NCBI GenBank assembly: GCA_030141605.1
Contig: JAQGDQ010002502.1
Coordinates: forward strand, 1 to 17,565
Length of the DNA: 17,565 bases
Direction of reading: 5' to 3'
Source of the DNA: Tubiluchus corallicola
Taxonomy: Eukaryota; Animalia; Priapulida
In this document: one piece after another, positions 1 through 7,431 of the stretch
Layout of the letters: every line of letters starts with the position of its first letter
Numbering within the stretch: the stretch's first letter is position 1
Notes under the pieces: model-generated
What the model was told of the DNA's origin: nothing
What the model saw: only the letters and a program-made list of their open reading frames with translations
Databases searched by the model: none
Program-made: the position numbers and the translations under genes

Positions 1-231
1 GAAAGGTTTGAGGGGATGAGTTCAAAAATAGACGGGATAGTTTCCCTGAATGTGGGTGTAAACATTGATGGTCTTTATGGAAATTACGACCTTGTTTTGA
101 TCATGGAGTTTAAGTGTGCAAGAGATCTTATGGGATACCAGGATCATCCGGTTCACAGAGAGATAGTTGAGTTTGGCAAAACTGTAATCGAACACAGAGC
201 TTGTGTAGACTTTGAGATAAAAAAAGCATAA
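1..231 (+). CDS. Dabb family (stress-responsive A/B barrel) protein, probably 5'-truncated by the window
   Basis: Frame is open from base 1 (ERFEG then MSSKIDG). Motifs IDGIVSLNVG.N, YDLVLIMEF, Y.DHP.H and C-terminal VDFE match Dabb proteins. Confidence 0.8.
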   Translation, partial: ERFEGMSSKIDGIVSLNVGVNIDGLYGNYDLVLIMEFKCARDLMGYQDHPVHREIVEFGKTVIEHRACVDFEIKKA

Positions 232-243
232 ATTTTTGGAACA

Positions 244-1419
244 ATGATGAATAAATTACTGTACTTTGATATTACATCCGGCATATCTGGAGATATGAGC
301 CTTGCGGGAATTACCTCTCTTCAGGGGGCTCCATCTTTGGACGAAGTGGGGGATCTCATCTCCGATGTTATACGTGTTGGTGTGAGGTTGTCTCTGAAGG
401 ATATTATGAGGAACGGCATAGTCTGCAAAAATCTGGTCATAGATACCGATTCTTCAGCGCCTAGGCCTTACAGGCATCTTAGTACGGTTACCGATCTCCT
501 TGAAAACTCCCATCTTTCGGACGATGTCATTAGGGACAGTTTGGCGGTATTTCATATAATAGCTGCTGCAGAAGCAAAGATGCATGGTATAGATATTGAC
601 AAAGTTCATTTCCATGAAATAGGAGCGGTGGACACGATTATTGACGTTGTGGGGGTGGCTTACTCCATCTCGAAGCTCAAGGTGTCCGGTGTGCTGTCGT
701 CAAAACCTATCGTTGGCAGCGGCACCATAAACATTGATCACGGTACGGTTCCTTTGCCCGCTCCTGCAACCTTGGAAATCCTGAAAAATATCGATATAAA
801 GCGCCTCAATGTCTGTTGTGAATTAACTACTCCTACTGGTGCTGCGATTCTTCGACATTTTGTTTCAGAATTTACTAATTGCTATACTGGAAAAGTTTTG
901 GATGTTGCCTACTCTACGGGGACAAAGGAGATCGTAGAGACAGGGAATATACTGCGAACATTGTTGATTGCACAGAGCTCACACACATTTTCCGGTTTAC
1001 AGCTTTTGGAGACGAATGTAGATGATATGAGTGGTGAAAACTTCGGAACGGTTATGGATGAACTACTGCGATACGGCGCGATAGATGCCTTCTTTACGCC
1101 TGTGTACGGCAAGAAGAATAGACCGCTGTATATGTTGAGCGTCCTTAGCGACAAGTCCAAAAGCCCCCAAGTTGCTGAAATCATTTTCAAATTGACCTCT
1201 TCTGCCGGAATAAGATACAGAGACATAGACAGATATGAAATGGATAGGAAAATGACAACGGTATCGATCCACGGTTTTGATGTGCAGGTCAAAGAGTTGC
1301 GTTGGTTCGATATTGTGAAGTTTTCTCCAGAGTGGGCGGATTGTGAGAGAGTTGCAAAAGAGTTAGGTGTGCCCCCCATGGATGTTTACTGCAAAGCAAA
1401 AGTTGCTGCCGAACGTTAA
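244..1419 (+). CDS. larC: Nickel pincer cofactor biosynthesis protein LarC (TIGR00299 family)
   Basis: Motifs SGISGDM, AEAKMHG, VHFHEIGAVDTIIDV, HG..P.PAPAT, ELTTPTGAAIL, LETNVDD, KKNRP and PEWADC. Confidence 0.93.
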   Translation: MMNKLLYFDITSGISGDMSLAGITSLQGAPSLDEVGDLISDVIRVGVRLSLKDIMRNGIVCKNLVIDTDSSAPRPYRHLSTVTDLLENSHLSDDVIRDSLAVFHIIAAAEAKMHGIDIDKVHFHEIGAVDTIIDVVGVAYSISKLKVSGVLSSKPIVGSGTINIDHGTVPLPAPATLEILKNIDIKRLNVCCELTTPTGAAILRHFVSEFTNCYTGKVLDVAYSTGTKEIVETGNILRTLLIAQSSHTFSGLQLLETNVDDMSGENFGTVMDELLRYGAIDAFFTPVYGKKNRPLYMLSVLSDKSKSPQVAEIIFKLTSSAGIRYRDIDRYEMDRKMTTVSIHGFDVQVKELRWFDIVKFSPEWADCERVAKELGVPPMDVYCKAKVAAER

Positions 1420-1597
1420 ATATCGTAACCCCGCCTTTCAAAATATTCCTTTATAATTCCAAGCGTTTGAGTTTTACCTGCTCCTAAAGCTAGAGTTTTG
1501 TGCGATACATATCCACAAAAAATAAGCGGTCGTGCTCGCTTTGAGACAAAAGAAACCATACACATTTAGAGATATTCCACATTTTTTTTAAAAAAGC

Positions 1598-1624
1598 TAA
1601 AGTTTTTGCTGGTTGTTGCGATAA
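1598..1624 (+). promoter_or_regulatory. Putative sigma28 (FliA) promoter
   Basis: TAAAGTTT-N11-TGCGATAA versus consensus TAAAGTTT-N11-GCCGATAA: perfect extended -35, exact spacing, 6/8 at -10. Preceded by a T8A6 tract. Confidence 0.7.
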
Positions 1625-1710
1625 AGACGATAAGGGTGGTTTTATGCTCTTCTTAAAGTGATGCCTTCTTAGAGGGTGTCGGCTTGTGGTGGTGAGATGG
1701 TGTCTGTTAA

Positions 1711-1784
1711 GCGGCTGAGCGGCCTGAGTAGCTGGGTGGCGCGGCTGGGTGGCCTGGGTGGCCTGAGTAGCTGAGTGGTTGAGT
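1711..1784. repeat. Degenerate tandem 8-9 bp repeat, (G/A)GC(C)TG(A/G)GT, about 8 units in two higher-order blocks
   Basis: GC GGCTGAGC GGCCTGAGT AGCTGGGT GGC | GC GGCTGGGT GGCCTGGGT GGCCTGAGT AGCTGAGT GGTTGAGT. Block 1711-1740 is re-iterated at 1741-1779 with one extra 9-mer. Confidence 0.85.
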
Positions 1785-1895
1785 GAAATGGTTTTAGTAA
1801 GGGCTGCCCGATGCTTGTGCTCATAGTGCTGCATGGTGTTCTTTTTTTGGTTTAACGGTCTTTCGTTTGCTGTTTGAGTAATGGGGTGTATTTCT

Positions 1896-2315
1896 ATGGA
1901 AGTAAAAACGTCTTTTGCAGAGATCGGTTATCTGAGTAAGATAGAGGATGATGAAGTTATTGCCCATCAGAAGCACAAAAAGGAGTGGAGTGCTTATTAT
2001 GCCACAAGGCGAGAGGAGCGACTTGCTGTCAATAGGGATGGCATAGAGAGGACCAGGGACAGATGGGAGGCTGCAAAACATGAAGAGTTCCTGGAATATC
2101 TTGAGAAGAAGGAGCGTAGCGAAGTTTTATGGTCGGTGGAGAAGTTGCAAGAGCGCAAGGATGACCTGCTCAACAGTAGAATTCGGGCAGCAGATGAGGC
2201 TAGAGAAGTTTTTAAGATGAGAGGTCAATTGAGTGAGTTTGAGAAGATCGTTGCCAGAATATTGGATGAGCTCGACCTGAATAATATCGGCAGCAATGTG
2301 GATAAAAAGGCTTAA
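1896..2315 (+). CDS. Hypothetical charged helical/coiled-coil protein, possibly in the flagellar regulon
   Basis: E/R/K-rich ORF. SD-like GGGGTG at 1883-1888 favours ATG 1896 over ATG 1881. C-terminus IGSNVDKKA resembles the G-x-N-[IV]-D-x-x-A tail of YjfB-like motility-associated proteins. Lies downstream of the sigma28-like promoter. Confidence 0.75.
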   Translation: MEVKTSFAEIGYLSKIEDDEVIAHQKHKKEWSAYYATRREERLAVNRDGIERTRDRWEAAKHEEFLEYLEKKERSEVLWSVEKLQERKDDLLNSRIRAADEAREVFKMRGQLSEFEKIVARILDELDLNNIGSNVDKKA

Positions 2316-2415
2316 ACTTGTGCTTTGCGTCTATTTTTTTAAGCTTTTTCTTTGCACGACTTGATCCATATTCGCGTGATACGGTGCCTAGGTGGTGTAT
2401 CTAAGGTTTTAATGA

Positions 2416-2444
2416 TTGACTATGGGCAAACAATATGATAGCCT
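2416..2444 (+). promoter_or_regulatory. Putative sigma70 promoter for the ExeA-like gene
   Basis: TTGACT-N17-TAGCCT with a TGn extended -10, about 45 bp before ATG 2490. Confidence 0.4.
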
Positions 2445-2489
2445 TTCTAAATTGTATTTAGCTGTTTGTCGGGTTGTGGTGGCGTTGTT

Positions 2490-3836
2490 ATGAATGAGTT
2501 CAAGAACTTTTTTATGTTTGAGAAGATGCCGTTTGGTAAAGCTCCTGATGTCGGCTTTTTCTTTTATACGAAGAAACATAGGGAAGTATTAAGTTCACTT
2601 TCATATCTCCTGGACAGCAACGACGAGTTTGCTCTCCTCTTGGGTGCGCCCGGTACGGGCAAAACCTTGACCATCAGAAAGTTCATAGCGGAAAATGAAC
2701 ACAGGATGATCTATTCATACATTCTGTTTCACAGCATGAGTGCTAGAGAGTTGCTGATGGCCATTCTCGATAGTTTTGGCGTGAAGTATCGTCCTGATGC
2801 TCCCAGTAATACCCTTTATCGTTCTTTAAAGCAGTTTTTTATGTTGGCAAAAAAGATGGGGAAGAAGACGGTCCTTATCGTTGATAGAAGCGCAGAATTT
2901 GCCTGATGAAGCGCTTGAAGAGTTGAGAATCATATCAAATCTTGAGACAGAAGACACGAAGCTGTTGAAGATCGTGTTGGCAGGTCATCCCGAATTGAAG
3001 GAAGGATAGATCGTTCTTCCATGAAACAGTTGAAGGACAGAATATCTATCTCTTCTCATCTTCGCAACATGAATTATGGGGAAGTGAGGAACTATATCAC
3101 CAACAGAATTTCTCGTTCTACGAGGATGGGGATCAAGGTGGAGAGCGGTGTTTTTGGTGCTGTCATGAAGCATTCTTCCGGCAACCCCAGACTTGTCAAT
3201 GTCATCATGGAGCGTTCTGTGCTGGCCGCTTTTGCTGGGAACTCTTACTCGATAAGAAAGATACATGTTGTGAATGCGCTGAACAGTTTAAGTATTCCGA
3301 ACAAGGTTGTCGGATTTTCGTATTATGCGAGGGTTACGACTTATAGTGCCTTGTGTCTTGCCTTTTTGGCTATTGCAAGCTTAGGGGCTTATCACAGCTA
3401 TAGATACGGTCTTGATAACAGTGAATTTGATACTTTTGCGGTGAGTACGTTGCATATTAGAGAGCAACAGAAGAGTCTCCAGGTGCAAGCGATGCAAAAT
3501 AGGATGTACGGAGTTGTGCGCCCTGCGGATGTCGCAAATGGACAGGAAGAGACACTCTCCGATTTGGCTACTATCAATGTCGTCCCTCCTAATACGGTTG
3601 AGAAAGCGAAGCCTGCACCGGCTGTTGTGGAGAAACCGCAAAAGATTATGGGGTCAGTTTCTACGAAGATGCTCAATGTCCGTAGCGGCCCGGGAGCAGA
3701 TTACGACAGGGTGTACATACTGTACGGGGGAGAAACGGTCGAGGTAGTAAAAGAAGTGGGATCTTGGGCAAATGTTATATTGGACAATGACCGCAAAGCT
3801 TGGGTGCGCAAGGAATATCTCAGAATAGAGAAGTGA
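2490..3836 (+). CDS. ExeA/GspA-family AAA ATPase with TM helix and C-terminal SH3b domain; interrupted by two compensating frameshifts (about 2886 and about 3003)
   Basis: ExeA-type N-terminus (FF.FEKMPF...PD..F) and Walker A GAPGTGKT. Walker B LIVD|EAQNL continues in the shifted frame as EAQNLPDEALEELRIISNLETEDTKLLKIVLAGHPELKE, then returns to RIDRSSMKQLKDRI...SSGNPRLVN. TM segment SALCLAFLAIASLGAY; SH3b-like LNVRSGPG...GETVEV...W...AWV..EYL. Repaired length is 448 aa. Confidence 0.88.
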
Positions 3837-3967
3837 TGCTTGGCTACGTGGTTAAGTAGTAGTTATTGTTTTTTTTTATTGTTTGCTTATATTCTCCTTA
3901 ATACGCCTTAGTGATGGTGTTGGTTATTTTTTTTGTTATCCGAATTTATTTTTGAGGAGCCGATTAG

Positions 3968-4981
3968 ATGAAGAGAGGATTTAGCCTGGTTGAGGTCGCC
4001 TTGATCATGATCATAGTGGGGTTGCTTTTTTCTGCCGGTTTGGGTTTTTACCTCAATCTCATTGCTGGGGTGAGGCTTTCTGACACCAAGAATATTATAC
4101 AAGACGTAGATGGTGCTGTGACGTCCTTCATAGTGGTGGAGGGTCGTTTGCCTACGGATGGCGAGTTCAGAGCGATGACCGCCGGGATAAAGGATGCATA
4201 CAGAAACGATCTCGTCTATTGGGCGGCAGGGAGTAGACTCGGTTATGTTGATTTTCAGAGCGACGCCGGTTCTTTGTGTGCCTATAACATCTCCGACACC
4301 GATCTCGTCATCTGTCACGACGATGATTGCTCCAACCAATCCACTACAACCACAATCAACTCCTTGGCGTACATGGTGATCAGTAATGGCTCCAGCGGTG
4401 AGCTGGATACCCAGTTTGAAAAGAATATGGGGTCGCCAAGCGGTAGAGCAAATATAGTGTGGACAGTGCCCAAAGCTGATTATTCCGGTGTGCCCGGAGG
4501 AAGCGGAAGAGGGCAGTTTGATGATGTATACTCTTACAAAACTATCGGAGAATCGAGATCTTTGGTGGCAGACTGTGATAAATATCGTTTGATGGTCGAA
4601 AACTATCCTTTCCCCAACTTGAGCGTGAGTGGCACAAACAATGTAAATTCCCATAGGCTTTATGCCACAGGGGGCACCGGCAAATATTATTGGTGTGTTC
4701 CGAGTGTCTACACAGACATGGACGGTGGCTCGACGTATTCTTGGACAGTTAGCCCCCAAATGGCTGGAGGCAATGCTTGGAATGCCGGCTACGGCCCAAA
4801 TGATGGTTGCAATTGGAGCAATGCCCAAGAGGGAGGAGATTACATCGCCATACATACGCCTACGACGCTGACAGACAACGCCACCGTAAGAGTTAAGCTT
4901 GCAGACGAGAGCTACATAATGAATAATGATAATTATTTAGGTGTCTATGAGATTGACTATTACTTTGAGGTGAAGGACTGA
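3968..4981 (+). CDS. Prepilin-type N-terminal cleavage/methylation protein, paralog 1 (GspG-like domain plus putative Ig-like domain)
   Basis: MKRG|FSLVE class III signal with E5 and hydrophobic helix; RBS GAGGAG; motifs GRLP, DAYRNDLVY, ISNGSSGELD, FDD, LYATGG, YYWCV. Confidence 0.9.
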   Translation: MKRGFSLVEVALIMIIVGLLFSAGLGFYLNLIAGVRLSDTKNIIQDVDGAVTSFIVVEGRLPTDGEFRAMTAGIKDAYRNDLVYWAAGSRLGYVDFQSDAGSLCAYNISDTDLVICHDDDCSNQSTTTTINSLAYMVISNGSSGELDTQFEKNMGSPSGRANIVWTVPKADYSGVPGGSGRGQFDDVYSYKTIGESRSLVADCDKYRLMVENYPFPNLSVSGTNNVNSHRLYATGGTGKYYWCVPSVYTDMDGGSTYSWTVSPQMAGGNAWNAGYGPNDGCNWSNAQEGGDYIAIHTPTTLTDNATVRVKLADESYIMNNDNYLGVYEIDYYFEVKD

Positions 4982-6114
4982 TGGGCGCGTTATCGAAACT
5001 TGGGAGCCGTTTGGAGCCCACGAGTGTGAGAAATAAGGCTGAACGGGGTTATAGTCTTATCGAGATGGCGATGATTATCGTTGTGATAGGCTTACTCTTG
5101 ACGACGGGTATGAACATCTATGTCAGCGTAAATAGATCGGTGCAGGATATTGAGACGAAGACTGTTCTGAGAAGTGTGGACAGCAGTATAGAGGCGTTTA
5201 TCAAAGCGAACGCCCGTCTTCCGAGCAGCAGTGAATACAATTCTGTTTCTGGCGGTCTCATGGACCCTTATCGGCAAACTTTAGAGTATGTCGGGGCGCG
5301 AGGCACTAGAAATGGTGGAAACATAATGGATTTGAGCTCCGAAGATGGCATGTTATGCTATTTTGATATTACTCCTCTCCATCTCAAGATATGTAACAAT
5401 TCTGACTGCAGTGTGTTTGATACGGTTGAAGATGTGGCTTATGTTATTCTGTCCACTGGCTTGAATCGAGTTGTCGATGTGGAGCACTGGCCGACTGATA
5501 ATGACCCTAACATGACCTATTATACCTCAAGGGAAAGGGATGGTTATGGCAGAGTTGATGATGTAGTCATGTATAAGACCATAAGAGAAGCAAAAGCTCA
5601 TGCAGACTGCGATGAGTACAATCTAAAGATATTGACGGACGCCATACCGTATCTGTACACCAGCGACTATGCAAGTGATTGGAGCGGTTCTGCCATGACA
5701 ACGGATGAAAATATCGTTTATATTACCGCTTCCGGAGGACTACAATCGGATGAGACGCCTCGCTCAGATGGTGAGTTCGGCTATTATTACTGGTGCGTTA
5801 TATACGACACTTATGCAAGCAGTTCAGGCATGGAGGTGATTTTTGAGGGTAATCAAGCGGATTCCTCCAACAACTACAGAAGTTGTAGCTGGAGTCGCAA
5901 TAATAAGCGAACGGGCAGGGTGAGTTTGCCGATCCATGGTATCAAAAAGTTGGGCTCTCTTTCGACTCTTTATGTGCCTGTGGAGTTTGAGATTATTGTC
6001 GCTGACGAGTCGTATATGAATGACGATTTGTCTCACGACGCTACAAAAAACAGCAGTGGGTATGTGTCTAAGAAGATTAGGACATACCTTGTAGATGATT
6101 TGTCTTTTCCATGA
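4981..6114 (+). CDS. Prepilin-type N-terminal cleavage/methylation protein, paralog 2
   Basis: ERG|YSLIE signal. Start is either ATG 4981 (TGATG overlap with paralog 1) or GTG 5026 (GGAG at 5013-5016). Same motif series: ARLP, DPYRQTLEY, LSTGLNRVVD, VDD, ITASGG, YYWCV, ADESY. Confidence 0.9.
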   Translation: MGALSKLGSRLEPTSVRNKAERGYSLIEMAMIIVVIGLLLTTGMNIYVSVNRSVQDIETKTVLRSVDSSIEAFIKANARLPSSSEYNSVSGGLMDPYRQTLEYVGARGTRNGGNIMDLSSEDGMLCYFDITPLHLKICNNSDCSVFDTVEDVAYVILSTGLNRVVDVEHWPTDNDPNMTYYTSRERDGYGRVDDVVMYKTIREAKAHADCDEYNLKILTDAIPYLYTSDYASDWSGSAMTTDENIVYITASGGLQSDETPRSDGEFGYYYWCVIYDTYASSSGMEVIFEGNQADSSNNYRSCSWSRNNKRTGRVSLPIHGIKKLGSLSTLYVPVEFEIIVADESYMNDDLSHDATKNSSGYVSKKIRTYLVDDLSFP

Positions 6115-6167
6115 GTTTTATCTTTAGGGATATTTCGCTGGATTACTTACACGGAGTTTAGGCTATT

Positions 6168-7388
6168 ATGAAGGTTGTGTATACTTTTAAGAAGGGATTT
6201 AGTTTACTGGAAGTTGCGGTGGTGTTGGCGATAATGGGCATTCTCATTACGTCCGGTATTGCCATGTTTGCCTTTGTTACGGAGAAGAATCGCTCCTTGC
6301 GAACTATTGTTACCATGAGTAGCATGCACAACAGTATTTTGGATTACGTATACAATCACGGATATCTTCCTAACAAGACGCACTTCGAAGATAATATGTT
6401 TCCGGGTGAGAATATTCTTGACGGGTATGGACATGCGATAGAGTATCTTCCTTACAGTTATTTTACCGAAGATTACTTTACTTCGGGCGGTAATCAGGAG
6501 GATAAGGCCAATATGATATGCAGGTTGAAGCATAGCGGTTGGAACAAGACCATCTGTGTGGACGAACACTGTGCCGACCAAAGCAAGGTGGTGAGAGACA
6601 TCGCCTACGCCCTGTACAGCCCGGGCAAAAATGGACAACTCGATAATGTGACAAAGGGTCAAGGGTTTGACCTCTCTGTGGCCAGTGATTCAACATTCGG
6701 AGATATGGGGTACGTTCACGTCACCAGGGCTCGTACCAGCGGGCAGCCGAGAAACTTATTGGATGACACTTATCAGTGGAAGAGTATTACGGATTTGGCT
6801 TCAAATATGGAGTGCGCCGGTTATTCCCTGGATATAGTTACTGAGAGGCTACCATCCTTTCCGAATGGTGGGACGTTTCAAAATAGTGATGATGAGATAA
6901 GGATATACGCAACCGGTGGCCTCTTGATGAAGGCAGGCTCTCCTGATGGAGTGTATCACTGGTGCGTCAATGTTGCGGATATGGACAATAGGGCGGAGGA
7001 TATCCTCTTGAAGGGTTACGATGTTACGACTGATACCGCCGGCACGAATGACCGCGTTCATCTATCAAAGGGCAGACAGGCCTCCACCAGGATTGACAAC
7101 TGTCTTGTTGATGCTTCCCAATCGGGTTCAAGCACAGAATGGACACAGGGGAATTACCTTATAATAAATCCTCTTGATCCTGGATATAACAAAAACCCAG
7201 GTGGCGGTGTTGTTGATGATGACTACAGACCCTTGAGGAATTACAGATTTACCGTATATGTAACGGATGTGCAGGAATACTATAGAGCGTCAGTGACCGG
7301 CTGGCCTAACACTAGGATTATGCCTCTGAATTACGAGAAAAAGACATTTTTGATAAACAATGTTGGTGATTTGCCGGCATATCCGTGA
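6168..7388 (+). CDS. Prepilin-type N-terminal cleavage/methylation protein, paralog 3
   Basis: KKG|FSLLE signal; motifs GYLP, DGYGHAIEY, YSPGKNGQLD, LDD, IYATGG, YHWCV, FTVYVTD. Confidence 0.9.
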   Translation: MKVVYTFKKGFSLLEVAVVLAIMGILITSGIAMFAFVTEKNRSLRTIVTMSSMHNSILDYVYNHGYLPNKTHFEDNMFPGENILDGYGHAIEYLPYSYFTEDYFTSGGNQEDKANMICRLKHSGWNKTICVDEHCADQSKVVRDIAYALYSPGKNGQLDNVTKGQGFDLSVASDSTFGDMGYVHVTRARTSGQPRNLLDDTYQWKSITDLASNMECAGYSLDIVTERLPSFPNGGTFQNSDDEIRIYATGGLLMKAGSPDGVYHWCVNVADMDNRAEDILLKGYDVTTDTAGTNDRVHLSKGRQASTRIDNCLVDASQSGSSTEWTQGNYLIINPLDPGYNKNPGGGVVDDDYRPLRNYRFTVYVTDVQEYYRASVTGWPNTRIMPLNYEKKTFLINNVGDLPAYP

Positions 7389-7395
7389 TCACTTC

Positions 7396-7431
7396 AAAAA
7401 GGATCGAGCCCTTCGGCTTTTTCCTTTTTTT
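7396..7431. terminator. Probable bidirectional intrinsic terminator between pilin paralog 3 and murI
   Basis: AAAAAGGA-TCG-AGCC-cttc-GGCT-TTT-TCCTTTTTTT: interrupted hairpin flanked by A and T tracts between convergent genes. Confidence 0.75.

Noticed and set aside
1485-1508. Second sigma28-like element (TAAA...TGCGATAC) sharing AAAGCTA.AGTTTT with the 1598 promoter
   Set aside because: Spacing is 12 rather than 15 nt, so it is not a functional match; it may be a degenerate duplicate.
1509-1581. DnaA-box-like words (ATATCCACA, CCATACACA, ATTCCACA)
   Set aside because: No perfect TTATNCACA box, too few, and no origin-associated genes nearby.
1711-1784. Repeat as a CRISPR array or Chi cluster
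   Set aside because: Units are 8-9 bp with no spacers, and GCTGGGTGG is not the E. coli Chi site GCTGGTGG.
1490-1834. 114-aa minus-strand ORF containing ATQ repeats
   Set aside because: No RBS; low complexity derives from the DNA repeat; antisense to the sigma28-like promoter. Probably spurious.
2305-2360. Minus-strand GACGCAAAGC preceded by TGCAAA, reminiscent of a c-di-GMP-I riboswitch
   Set aside because: The intervening sequence is A-rich and cannot form the GNRA-capped stem, and the orientation is antisense to the neighbouring gene. An Infernal search with RF01051 would settle it.
3908-4855. 315-aa minus-strand ORF and the other antisense or overlapping ORFs in the track
   Set aside because: They are shadows of well-supported genes and have no recognisable motifs.
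3968-7388. DGR, shufflon or silent-cassette mechanism for pilin variation
   Set aside because: No reverse transcriptase or recombinase, no long near-identical DNA repeats or inversion sites seen, and all three genes are complete with their own signal peptides.
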